Shown here: in pieces, positions 30,518 through 39,716 of the stretch
How the letters are laid out: every line of letters begins with the position of its first letter
How positions within the stretch are numbered: the stretch's first letter is position 1
Source: Desulfosudaceae bacterium
GTDB taxonomy: Bacteria; Desulfobacterota; Desulfobacteria; Desulfobacterales; Desulfosudaceae
Assembly: GCA_963674745.2 (NCBI GenBank)
Contig: CAXXDV010000003.1
Coordinates: 1,536,001-1,600,000, forward strand
Length of the DNA: 64,000 nucleotides
Direction of reading: 5' to 3'
The notes under the pieces: generated by a model
What the model saw: the letters and a program-made list of their open reading frames with translations, nothing else
The model's database searches: none
Told to the model about the DNA's origin: nothing
Program-made: the position numbers and the translations under genes

Positions 30518-30534
30518 AAAATAATGGTGAAATA

Positions 30535-31284
30535 ATGAACAAAGACACATCGCTGACAGAACAGATTGTTTTTAAGCTTAAACAGGAGATTATCAGGGGG
30601 GAATTGAACCCCGGGACCCGGTTGCCGGCCGAAAGGGAGCTTGCTGAAAAATATAATGTCAGCCGGGTTACCATCCGGTCGGTCATTACTCAGCTGTGCC
30701 AGCTTGGTTTTTTAAAAACCGTTCCCAAAAGCGGGACCTTTGTTAACCATTATCTTGAAAATGCGTCCGTTGATCTTCTGGTCGAAATTATCAAAAACAG
30801 TGAGAAAGTTGACAACGTGATGTTTCTGGCGCTTCTGGATGTAAGACGGATTATCGAGGTTTACGCAGCGGGAAAATGCGCGCAGCGAATTACAGCGGAA
30901 GAAATTAACCGGTTGAACGCCCTTGACTTGGAAATGGAATTGCATGCAGGGGACCCGAAAACAGTTGCTGAAACGGATTATGTTTTTCATATGGAAATCA
31001 TAAGAATTGCCGGGAACCCGGTTATCCGGGTTGTGCTTAATTCCATCGGGTCGATTTTCAAATTTTATTTGAATAGTTATTACAAAGTGCCCGGAAATAC
31101 AGAAGCCATAAGACCGTTCTACAAGAGGCTTATGAATTCCCTGGAAATGGGAGACGACAGGTATGCTTCATTTGCAATGGAGGAACTGCTCACCTTTGCC
31201 GAAATGGGTATCAAAGAGACTATGGGGGCAGAGGCCGGGATGATGAAGAAAGAAAATGGATCCCCTGGTCGAGCCGGCGGATGA
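30535..31284 (+). CDS. GntR/FadR family regulator
   Basis: RLPAERELAEKYNVSRVTIR wHTH; FCD domain (DYVFH...GNP). Confidence 0.9.
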   Translation: MNKDTSLTEQIVFKLKQEIIRGELNPGTRLPAERELAEKYNVSRVTIRSVITQLCQLGFLKTVPKSGTFVNHYLENASVDLLVEIIKNSEKVDNVMFLALLDVRRIIEVYAAGKCAQRITAEEINRLNALDLEMELHAGDPKTVAETDYVFHMEIIRIAGNPVIRVVLNSIGSIFKFYLNSYYKVPGNTEAIRPFYKRLMNSLEMGDDRYASFAMEELLTFAEMGIKETMGAEAGMMKKENGSPGRAGG

Positions 31285-32084
31285 CGAAGGAAAGGATTGA
31301 GATGACCCCCAAAAACCACATCGTATTTGTCAGCCTGATCATCGCGGCTACCTGTCTTTTTGAAATGAGCCTTCTGGCCGGGCTGGAGGCGATTGCCGAC
31401 CCTGCTTATCAGGTCGTACATCTTTTTTCCATGGGTCTTTTAATCGCCGGGCAGGTTCTCCTGATCCGGCATTGCCGGCTCAACGGGTTGTCTGTCACGG
31501 TTCCGGCCCTGACCGCGGCCGCCCTGGTGTGCACGGGCATGGGCGACCTTGTCAACGGCACCCTGATCGGCGTTACACCGGTTTCCACCAAGCTGACGTT
31601 CGCCCTGTTCCTCTTTGGCGCGGGCTATCTCATGTATATTTACAACCTGTGGCAGGCCATCCGGACCACGGGCGATCCTTCCCGAAAAATGCCCCTGGCG
31701 GCGCTCATTCCCCTTGTTGTTATTATCCTTATCAATAATGTGGCCTCGTGGTTTATCTACATTGACGAACTGGTGCAAGGATTCACACTGCTTCATTACG
31801 GCGGGTTGACATTCAACGCCACCATTTACGTGGCCATGCCGGTTCTGGGCATTTATTACGCATACAAAACCGGCTGGGCGATTTCCGGCTGGATTATCCT
31901 AATTGCCGGCGTCTTTCTCCCCTATTCGGACCTGATTCTGTTCGACTCCTGGCTGCCGGGAAACCCGGATCAACCGGTCCGCGATTTGTATGCTTACAAC
32001 TGGATGGTCTATTTTAACGGGCAGTGCCTGATGTCCATGCTTCCCGCGTTTCTTGTGCTTGCGGAGAGGAAGGAAGCGGAATAA
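31281..32084 (+). CDS. YhhN/lysoplasmalogenase-like multi-TM protein
   Basis: CTGMGDLV; LFLFGAGYLMY; GVFLPYSDLIL; VYFNGQ resemble YhhN motifs; alternative start 31302. Confidence 0.5.
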   Translation: MTKERIEMTPKNHIVFVSLIIAATCLFEMSLLAGLEAIADPAYQVVHLFSMGLLIAGQVLLIRHCRLNGLSVTVPALTAAALVCTGMGDLVNGTLIGVTPVSTKLTFALFLFGAGYLMYIYNLWQAIRTTGDPSRKMPLAALIPLVVIILINNVASWFIYIDELVQGFTLLHYGGLTFNATIYVAMPVLGIYYAYKTGWAISGWIILIAGVFLPYSDLILFDSWLPGNPDQPVRDLYAYNWMVYFNGQCLMSMLPAFLVLAERKEAE

Positions 32085-34432
32085 TGAGCGAGCGGACACT
32101 GCGGCTGAAAAACGCGCTGCACCGGGAAAAACCCGGCATCTGCCCGGAAAGGGCGCTTCTCTGGACGGCCTATTTCAGGCAACGGGCAAACCGGAAAAAA
32201 CCCGCTGATACCCGGATTGCCGAAGCCACGCGCCACGTTCTTGAAAACAAGACCGTTCATATTTATCCCGAAGAAATCATTGTCGGCAATTACACTTCCA
32301 GGCGCGTGGGCGGCATCATTTACCCGGAGCTGGCCGGGATCCCGGCGCTGCTGGAAATTTCGAAATTTCACACCCGGAAAACAAACCCCCTGGAAACCAC
32401 GGCCCGGGACCGCCGAAAACTGGCTGCCATCATTCCTTTCTGGCTGACCAGGAACATCCCCTGGCAGGCCTTTGCCTCGCCCATAAGAAAAGCGGCCTTC
32501 GGGTGGAAACAGTTGACCGCCCGCCAGTACCAGGTTTACGAAAGCGGCGGCATCGCGCACCTGGCGCCGGACTATGGAAAGCTGCTCCGGGTCGGCGCCC
32601 GGGGGATTATACAAGAAGCGAAACAACAGTTGCGGGAAACGACTGATCCGCAAAAGCGCGATTTTTTCGAGGCGGTCATCATATCCGCAAACGCCCTGGC
32701 TGATTTCGGGGACCGTTATGCCGCCTGCGCGGAGCGCCTGGCTGCCGCGGAAACCGATCGGGAAAGAAAAAGCGAACTTGAAATAATTGCGACTGTCTGC
32801 CGGCGCGTGCCCCGCCACGGCGCCCGGTCCTTTCACGAGGCCGTCCAGTCCATGATGCTCACCCAGGTTGCCCTGTTCCAAGAAAGCATCGGCGAAACCA
32901 TCTGCCCCGGCCGGCTGGACCAGATCCTCTATCCCTATTACCAGAAAGACGCGGCCGGCAACCGCCTCACCGGGGAAAAGGCAAAGGAAATCCTGACCGC
33001 CCTGTGCATCAAGATGTGCGAGACCGTCCCGGTTTTTTCCGATATTCTGACTAAAACCTTGGGCGGGCTGCCCAGTTACCAGGTGGTCACCGTGGGCGGC
33101 GTGGACGAACACGGCCGGGACGCGACCAATGAACTCAGTTACATCTTCCTTGACATCATGGATGAACTGCGGATGCGCCAGCCCAATTTTCATGTCCGCC
33201 TTCACGACAACACCCCCGGCGATTTCTTTGATGAGGTCATCCGCATCCATGCGGGAACCGGCAGCGCGCCCGCCCTGTATAACGACAACATCATCATCAA
33301 AACCATGACCGGCGCCGGATACACCCTGGCCGATGCCAGGAATTACGTGGCCATCGGCTGTGTCGAACCCACCTGCCAGGGGAAAACCCTGGGATCGACC
33401 GATGCCGCCATCGTCAATCTTCCCCTGGCCCTGGAGCTGGCTTTGAACCAGGGCCGGCAGTTCGGGACGAATTTCCGTATCGGCGCGAAAACCCCATCTG
33501 TATCGCAGATGCAATCCATTGAAGATGTCAAGGCCGCCTATGAAGCCCAGCGCCGGCATCAGCTCACAAAGATGATCAATGAATTACGGGCCGTTGAACG
33601 GGCCCACGCGGAACATCACCCTACCCCCATGACCAGCATGCTGCTGGAAGGGTGCCTAAAAAAGGGCGTCTGCTCCACCCGGGGAGGGGCCGTCTACAAC
33701 TTTTCCGGTATTCAGGGCGTGGGTATATCCACTGTCGGGGATTCGCTTTACGCCATCCACAATGCGGTGTTTACCGACCAGCGGATCAGCCTGGAGGGGC
33801 TGGTCGCCGGGCTGAAAGACGACTTGAGCGATCCCGCCCTGCGGGCGCGGCTGCTGCGGCTGGGGAAATTCGGCAATGACCTGCCGGAGGCGGACGATTT
33901 CACCCGCTATGCGGCCGATGACTATGCCGGGGCCATCACCGGCCTGGGGGCAAATACCCGGGGCGGGCCGTATCTGCCGGGCATCTATTCCAACACCACC
34001 CATGTTCATTTCGGCAGTGTCGTGGGGGCTCTTCCCAACGGCCGCTTGCGTTGTCAACCGTTTGCCTCGGGCATGGCACCTGAAAACGGGGCCGACAAAA
34101 AAGGCCCCACCGCCCTGGTCAACTCCATGAACCGGATCGATTACACCCGGTTTCCCAACGGCATCAACTTCAATGTCAAGTTTCAGGCCGCCGCCTTTGC
34201 CGACCATTCCGGCCGTAACGCCCTGGGCAGCATTCTGAGGGTTTATTTTCAACGGGGCGGCATGCAGGCCCAGGTCAACATGATCGATCCTGAGATGCTT
34301 ATGGATGCCCGGAACAACCCCGATCTTTATCCCAACCTGCTTATCCGGGTCTCCGGTTATTCGGCCTATTTCAACGATCTCTCCCCGCAGATGAAAGATG
34401 AAATCATTTCCCGCAGCTTCAATGCCGTATGA
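32084..34432 (+). CDS. Glycyl radical enzyme (single-Cys, non-PFL type)
   Basis: AIGCVEP Cys loop; LLIRVSGYSAYF glycyl motif; GRLDQ; ATG overlaps the upstream stop (TAATG). Confidence 0.9.
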   Translation: MSERTLRLKNALHREKPGICPERALLWTAYFRQRANRKKPADTRIAEATRHVLENKTVHIYPEEIIVGNYTSRRVGGIIYPELAGIPALLEISKFHTRKTNPLETTARDRRKLAAIIPFWLTRNIPWQAFASPIRKAAFGWKQLTARQYQVYESGGIAHLAPDYGKLLRVGARGIIQEAKQQLRETTDPQKRDFFEAVIISANALADFGDRYAACAERLAAAETDRERKSELEIIATVCRRVPRHGARSFHEAVQSMMLTQVALFQESIGETICPGRLDQILYPYYQKDAAGNRLTGEKAKEILTALCIKMCETVPVFSDILTKTLGGLPSYQVVTVGGVDEHGRDATNELSYIFLDIMDELRMRQPNFHVRLHDNTPGDFFDEVIRIHAGTGSAPALYNDNIIIKTMTGAGYTLADARNYVAIGCVEPTCQGKTLGSTDAAIVNLPLALELALNQGRQFGTNFRIGAKTPSVSQMQSIEDVKAAYEAQRRHQLTKMINELRAVERAHAEHHPTPMTSMLLEGCLKKGVCSTRGGAVYNFSGIQGVGISTVGDSLYAIHNAVFTDQRISLEGLVAGLKDDLSDPALRARLLRLGKFGNDLPEADDFTRYAADDYAGAITGLGANTRGGPYLPGIYSNTTHVHFGSVVGALPNGRLRCQPFASGMAPENGADKKGPTALVNSMNRIDYTRFPNGINFNVKFQAAAFADHSGRNALGSILRVYFQRGGMQAQVNMIDPEMLMDARNNPDLYPNLLIRVSGYSAYFNDLSPQMKDEIISRSFNAV

Positions 34433-34487
34433 AGGGAACCGTGGGATAGGATCAGGCTAAGAGAAGCCCAAAATCATCACGACAAAC

Positions 34488-34524
34488 AAAGGGGCCTGGC
34501 ACTGGATGAATGTCAGCCCCTTTT
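34488..34524. terminator. Probable bidirectional terminator
   Basis: aaaggggcctggca...tgtcagcccctttt after the GRE gene. Confidence 0.5.
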
Positions 34525-34681
34525 GATAGATTTATTTCCTTGGCTTCCGTAATCCCTGCTGATTTGACCGGTTAACGACATGCTTGCGGCAACAGCTACG
34601 GTCTTCAATCCGCACGACCTCATCTGCACACCATCGCCACGGGCGGTTGCTTATACCGCGCCGCAGACGTGACTGATCAGG

Positions 34682-34750
34682 GTGGAATTCCGGTGCCAGT
34701 ATACCTATTTATCTTTTGCGGAATTCGTGGTGATACTGGCACCGGAATTC
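34682..34750. repeat. REP family B pair
   Basis: gtggaattccggtgccagtatacctatttatctt...atactggcaccggaattc; further copies near 1047, 19393, 37597-37712, 41917, 42573, 61737. Confidence 0.8.
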
Positions 34751-34768
34751 GTGATGTGTGTTTCGATT

Positions 34769-35062
34769 TCATGTTTTTGTAAAAAGAATACCTTTAAGTC
34801 CCGGCAGGTCAGGCTGCATGGCGACGATATATTCTTTTCGGTCTTTTGTCAGGCGCTTGATTGCCGCCTCGATTTTGTAGGCATCACTTTTTGAATCCGC
34901 CGCAATGGTATAAACCAGTTCCAGTGATCTGGATGCTCTCGTGTATTTGGCCGCTTTGTCCCCGCCTTCAAGGTGCTCGTAGTATCTGGCAACGGGGTTT
35001 ATGGCGACGCCGGTATAAAGAGCGTTTCTATCATTCCGCAGGATGTAAACATGCCACACCAT
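34769..35062 (-). CDS. GIY-YIG nuclease family protein (YhbQ/YazA-like)
   Basis: WHVYIL...LYTG...R..EH..G..AKYTR...E.AIK. Confidence 0.9.
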   Translation of the reverse strand: MVWHVYILRNDRNALYTGVAINPVARYYEHLEGGDKAAKYTRASRSLELVYTIAADSKSDAYKIEAAIKRLTKDRKEYIVAMQPDLPGLKGILFTKT

Positions 35063-35155
35063 GAGTTTTGATGACCTTGAACATTTTCAAAACTTCGTTA
35101 TAGGGAAGTTTCTTCCGATAAAATAAAAAAACCAACCCCACAAGGGGAATGAAAG

Positions 35156-35269
35156 ATGGTAGGTTATAAGAGCCTGTTTAGTCAACTGCTTGCCTTTTTT
35201 AACTGGAACAAATTTGAATAACTGGTTGTAAAGCACATTGCCGGGCGATACGCCAAGGGTTTCATATGA
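35156..35269 (+). pseudogene. IS4-family transposase N-terminal (DUF4372-like) remnant
   Basis: MVGYKSLFSQLLAFFNWNKFE*LVVKHIAGRYAKGF with an internal stop. Confidence 0.55.
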
Positions 35270-35499
35270 CGGGGTGTAAACTGGCGTCTGGACTTCAAGA
35301 AACAGCGATTATTCCAGGTCACAAATATTCAAATTGGAAAATTTAGAAAATGATTCCGCTTTTGTAACAGAAGCATTTAGAGAGAATGTCCTTGATAATG
35401 GTCTGCATTGTGTTTATGTGAGGGAAGAGAAAGCATTAAATGGTCAAATAAATTATTCAGGGAATATTATTTAATATTGGATGTAAAGGAGGGTGCGTG

Positions 35500-37575
35500 A
35501 TGAGAATGAAATGCCTGTTTCTGTTAATCTGTGTTGCCGCTGTTTCTCCAAGATATGCTCAAGGGGTTGTTTGGTCGGGCCTCGACTATTCCTTTTCCAA
35601 GGTGAATTACGCAGACTGGACAGCGCCTGAGAACCAAGACTGGATATCATCCAACGTTCACATCACACGCCAGAATAATGAAGGTCTTTTCAACATTGTT
35701 CTGGAATCAGGCTACCAGGGATGGGATACCAGCCCCATGGATACGGAATGGGCCTTTTCCGGATTGAACGGTTGTGCCACATTTTCAGCGGGTTCAGGCG
35801 CCGTTCAGCATGCTTCTTTAACGTTCGATAATTTTGCCCGGGCACTTTATGTCAATGTCGGGGACTATATTGTGGGAACACCCGGTGTGGTTCATTTGAT
35901 ATCCGAGGATATCTACATCGACATCCTCTTCACAAGCTGGCAAAAAGGCGGTGCCGGCGGCGGATTTGCCTACAATCGTGCATCCAGTTCCCCCACTGTC
36001 ACAACCGGTGCCGCCAGTGACATAACAATGGCGGCGGCTAAACTAAACGGTGTTATAAACGCTTGGAATTACAGCACTACCGCCACCTTTGAGTATGGCC
36101 TTGATACGGGATACGGCACAACGGTTACGGCGGACCAAAGCCCTGTTACAGGCGCAACGAACACGGCGGTCAGCTGCACTATAGGTGGGCTTACGCTCAA
36201 CACGACTTACCATTACCGTGCCGTGGGGCAATACTCATTAGGGACAATCAATGGCGCTGATATGACGTTTACAACCCTTGCGGATACAGATGGTGATGGA
36301 GAACCGGACATTACTGATGGTTGCCCAAACGATCCTAATAAGATTACCCCTGGTATATGTGGTTGCGGCGTAGCAGATATAGACAGTGACGGGGATGGCT
36401 CGCCTGACTGCAATGATCGGTGCCCGAACGATGCCAATAAGATGGTTCCCGGAGTTTGTGGTTGTGGCGTAAGCGATATTGACTCAGATAACGATGGTAC
36501 TCTGGACTGTAATGATCTCTGTCCGAATGACCCCAACAAGACAGACCCCGGAATATTCGGTTGCGGCGTTTCTGATGACGATACAGACAATGACGGAACG
36601 CCTGATGATAACGACGCTTGTCCCAACGACCCTGATAAAACAAATCCAGGTGTTTGTGGTTGCGGCGTCTCTGATATGGATACCGACAATGATGGAATCC
36701 CGGACTGCAATGATGATACGCCGAACGGTGTATGGGACGATTATGATGACGATGATGCGGACTTCTGCGATTTTATCCCGGTAGCCGTTTTGCCTTTAGA
36801 TGGCGCCGTTGATACATCGCCTACCCCCACGTTTGTTATTGATTGGGATATTGATCCGGATACTTGCGGAGACCACCATAAAACCCGCTGGCAGATAAGC
36901 GAGCGGCCTGATTTTTACGGGTTGACCTACAACAAAAATACCATTGGTAAAGACCCCTTCAGCCATAATGTTGCGCCGGGTGTTTTAACGCCGGATACCA
37001 CCTATTACTGGCGTGCCAGGGTATGGTGCAGCCAGGAATGCAAGTCCCGCTATTCAGAAGCGGTTTCCTTTACGACAGCGCCGGACCCGAACGATAACAA
37101 CCAGCCGGGGAATCAGGGGAATCATTCCAGGGGTGTTAATGCTGTTGTTGGAAACCAGTATGTCACCATTGAAACATCGGAAAACATAACCTTTTTACAG
37201 GCACTGGATAACAATGACCAGGATATCCTCGATGGTATGCCGGATAACATGCCATGGGGTCTGATCAATTTCAGGATTGAGATCGCTACCCCGGGTGATA
37301 CCGTCCAGATCACAATATTTTTTGAAGAAAAAGCGCGGAATAATGCGGTTTTTTATAAATATGACCCGGTAGAAGGCTGGATTGATTATTCCGACCATGC
37401 CACTTTTGCGCCTGACATGAAGTCCGTTACCATTGAAATCCAGGATGGCGGGTTCGGTGATATGGATGGAACGGTTAATGGTGTTATTGTCGATCCCTGT
37501 GGAATCGGGACCTTTGCATCAGGCGGAGGCGGAGGCGGGGGATGTTTTATCGATAGTACGTCTTTAACTCGATAG
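35500..37575 (+). CDS. Secreted surface protein: FN3-like, TSP3-like DxDxDG/CPND repeats, choice-of-anchor-U-like domain, Gly-rich GCF tail
   Basis: Signal peptide; CPNDPNK.PG.CGCG repeats; FYKYDPVEGW...IQDGGFGDMDGTVNG; ends GGGGGGCFIDSTSLTR. Confidence 0.8.
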   Translation: MRMKCLFLLICVAAVSPRYAQGVVWSGLDYSFSKVNYADWTAPENQDWISSNVHITRQNNEGLFNIVLESGYQGWDTSPMDTEWAFSGLNGCATFSAGSGAVQHASLTFDNFARALYVNVGDYIVGTPGVVHLISEDIYIDILFTSWQKGGAGGGFAYNRASSSPTVTTGAASDITMAAAKLNGVINAWNYSTTATFEYGLDTGYGTTVTADQSPVTGATNTAVSCTIGGLTLNTTYHYRAVGQYSLGTINGADMTFTTLADTDGDGEPDITDGCPNDPNKITPGICGCGVADIDSDGDGSPDCNDRCPNDANKMVPGVCGCGVSDIDSDNDGTLDCNDLCPNDPNKTDPGIFGCGVSDDDTDNDGTPDDNDACPNDPDKTNPGVCGCGVSDMDTDNDGIPDCNDDTPNGVWDDYDDDDADFCDFIPVAVLPLDGAVDTSPTPTFVIDWDIDPDTCGDHHKTRWQISERPDFYGLTYNKNTIGKDPFSHNVAPGVLTPDTTYYWRARVWCSQECKSRYSEAVSFTTAPDPNDNNQPGNQGNHSRGVNAVVGNQYVTIETSENITFLQALDNNDQDILDGMPDNMPWGLINFRIEIATPGDTVQITIFFEEKARNNAVFYKYDPVEGWIDYSDHATFAPDMKSVTIEIQDGGFGDMDGTVNGVIVDPCGIGTFASGGGGGGGCFIDSTSLTR

Positions 37576-37596
37576 AAATTGTTAAGCTGAAAGCAG

Positions 37597-37760
37597 AATT
37601 CCGGTGGAATTCCGGTGCCAGTATACCTATTTCTCTTTGTTGACACCGGCAGCAAGTGAATCTCCTCCCGCCGCAGAGCGGGAGGAGATTCAGTATACTG
37701 GCACCGGAATTGGGCCCAGCAGTACTCAAGAAACGCATATAATCATAGACGTCCCCACTT
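37597..37760. repeat. Composite REP-B pair with inner hairpin plus half REP-A
   Basis: ccggtgccagtatac...tgaatctcctcccgc/gcgggaggagattca...gtatactggcaccgg, then gaaacgcatataatcatagacgtcccc. Confidence 0.75.
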
Positions 37761-37777
37761 TTTTCCACTGACCTAGC

Positions 37778-38677
37778 CTATTGATTTGCCCAATCGATTA
37801 CCAATTGAGCCCAGCGCTCCCCTTGTTGTTCTTGTATAAAATGAAGGCCGTTCAAAGTAACATGAGGCTCCCCTTTTGCGCCGGGCACTTTATTCTTAAA
37901 TGGTTCTATACATGGACCTGTTAACGGGTCGTTATCCGAGAAGCATAACAGCATCGGTTTCTCCCATTTTTCCAAGACCTTCCAGGCATTTCGGTTATCT
38001 TCAGATGCAGGGTCATCTGGTGAAACCGGAACGAGCAAGGGAAACTGGCGCGCACCAGCCTTATATTCTTCAGAAGGAAATGGGGCTCGATAAGCATCTT
38101 TTTCCGCTTCGGTTAAGGGGCCCTCATCAAACATATTCACTATTAATCCAATATCAAAATCTTCGACTGTTTGGCTAAGCTCACGCCACCCCATAAAGAA
38201 ATCTGACATCGGTTCATCACCAGTTTGCAATCCTGTGTTTGAAATAGAAACACGCGAGAACTTCTCAGGCATAGCGGTAAGAAGCCTTAATCCAATATGA
38301 CCACCCCAGTCTTGAGCGACCAAAGTTATTTCATTTAACTCGAGTGAATTAAGCCAATCACTCATCCATTTAACATAATTCGCTACAGAATAAGCGTCGC
38401 GATCGGTAGGCTTGTCAGAACGACCAAATCCAATAAGGTCTGGGGCTATCACGCGGTACCCTGCAGATAAAAATACCGGTATCATCTTACGATAAAGAAA
38501 ACTCCACGTTGGTTCACCATGCATGCATAGCACAACCGGTTGGTTCGCATCCCCTTCATCAATATAGGCGACTCGCAACGCACCAATTTTTTCGTCAACG
38601 ACTTCCAGGTATTTAGGTTGATAGGGAAAGTTGGGTATATCTTTGAATCGCTCTTCTGGTGTACGTAATACGTTCAT
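37778..38677 (-). CDS. Haloalkane dehalogenase (HLD-I-like alpha/beta hydrolase)
   Basis: LRTPEERF; HGEPTWSFLYRKMI; AQDWGG nucleophile; HFIQE. Confidence 0.9.
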   Translation of the reverse strand: MNVLRTPEERFKDIPNFPYQPKYLEVVDEKIGALRVAYIDEGDANQPVVLCMHGEPTWSFLYRKMIPVFLSAGYRVIAPDLIGFGRSDKPTDRDAYSVANYVKWMSDWLNSLELNEITLVAQDWGGHIGLRLLTAMPEKFSRVSISNTGLQTGDEPMSDFFMGWRELSQTVEDFDIGLIVNMFDEGPLTEAEKDAYRAPFPSEEYKAGARQFPLLVPVSPDDPASEDNRNAWKVLEKWEKPMLLCFSDNDPLTGPCIEPFKNKVPGAKGEPHVTLNGLHFIQEQQGERWAQLVIDWANQ

Positions 38678-38729
38678 TTTTTCCTCCCATGTTGGGTATG
38701 TGGTTAAATCCTTTCAAGTGACTACGTGC

Positions 38730-39716
38730 TTAAAATCGGGAAATTTTACCCGGAAGAATGTAGTTGTAGGTTTTTTTCATCACGCCTGTCCTGATGAAAC
38801 GATCCAATCGCCGGCACTGCAGGAAAGCCTCAAGGAGGACAACATCTTTTTGGTAAAAGGATTTGATCTCTTTTATGGTAATTTTACGTTGCAGTTTCAG
38901 GTGATGGCCGTTTTCCTCTATCCAACTGTGAATGAAATCCAGTGTGATTTTAATACGGTCCGGCCGGCCCTCCTTGATGTAGTTGGCCAGGTGATCCAGG
39001 ATAATTTCACGTGGGCAAAAATAGGAGTCAAAGTAGCGCTGCATCATACCGAGCCTGTTGAAAATAAACCGCACCGGTAATGGCATGGCTTTTCCGATGA
39101 TGGTGCTGTCAAAAAGATCCGTCGTTCCTTTCCGAATGCAGGGCGTTGCCACATCGAGGAGGCGAATCGTGTCCTTTGTCACATGCCAGTTGGAGATTTG
39201 GGAATCCGCTGCAATGAGAATGTTATCCGGATTGGTGTGGTTGAAAGAAAAGATTTTTTCCGCATTTTCCAGAAAACCGGCGACGACGAAGAACAACGCT
39301 TCGTCTGTCCCGTTTTTTAAAATATCATTTCCCAATTCCGTCCCGGGAAGAGCCGGTTGTGTGAGATAAACAGTAAATCCGCCTACAGGGGCCTTGACGG
39401 AAGCAAAACGGGTGGGAACCACATCCACACCGATGGATTCAAGGGTTTGGCAATACCGTTTGACCAATGCGATATACGAATGAACTTGTGACTCGGTCTC
39501 AAAACCGGACATTCGCTTACACACCCGATCGGGCAGGGCCTTAAGTGTAAGAACCGCAGACACCTCACCACAGGCCACAACCGTTGCGGGCATGACGCCT
39601 GATTCAGGTCTGCAGGGATCAAGCTGATTTTCAAATTGCTGCAGCACCTCTTGTTCCGAAATGTTAAAAGTCGGCGACTGAGGGGTGATTTCATCAGAGG
39701 CGGTCACGGCGTGCAT
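38730..39716 (-). CDS. Hypothetical protein with kinase-like motifs (DUF6206-like)
   Basis: GEVSAV; CKRM; DSQISNW; LLDVATP; overlaps the aminotransferase stop. Confidence 0.55.
   Translation of the reverse strand: MHAVTASDEITPQSPTFNISEQEVLQQFENQLDPCRPESGVMPATVVACGEVSAVLTLKALPDRVCKRMSGFETESQVHSYIALVKRYCQTLESIGVDVVPTRFASVKAPVGGFTVYLTQPALPGTELGNDILKNGTDEALFFVVAGFLENAEKIFSFNHTNPDNILIAADSQISNWHVTKDTIRLLDVATPCIRKGTTDLFDSTIIGKAMPLPVRFIFNRLGMMQRYFDSYFCPREIILDHLANYIKEGRPDRIKITLDFIHSWIEENGHHLKLQRKITIKEIKSFYQKDVVLLEAFLQCRRLDRFIRTGVMKKTYNYILPGKISRF

Noticed and set aside
32009..33559. 516-aa minus-strand ORF
   Set aside because: Antisense shadow of the GC-rich GRE gene with no recognisable motifs; the same applies to the many short shadow ORFs over the adhesin, MCP and aminotransferases
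32084..34432. Calling the GRE pyruvate formate-lyase (pflB) or a fumarate-adding enzyme
   Set aside because: Single Cys in GCVEP rather than the PFL Cys-Cys pair; no small subunits typical of Bss/Ass
35178..35187. Third copy of the TetR operator (ttagtcaact)
   Set aside because: Only a partial match, lying within IS4-remnant codons (FSQL); likely coincidental
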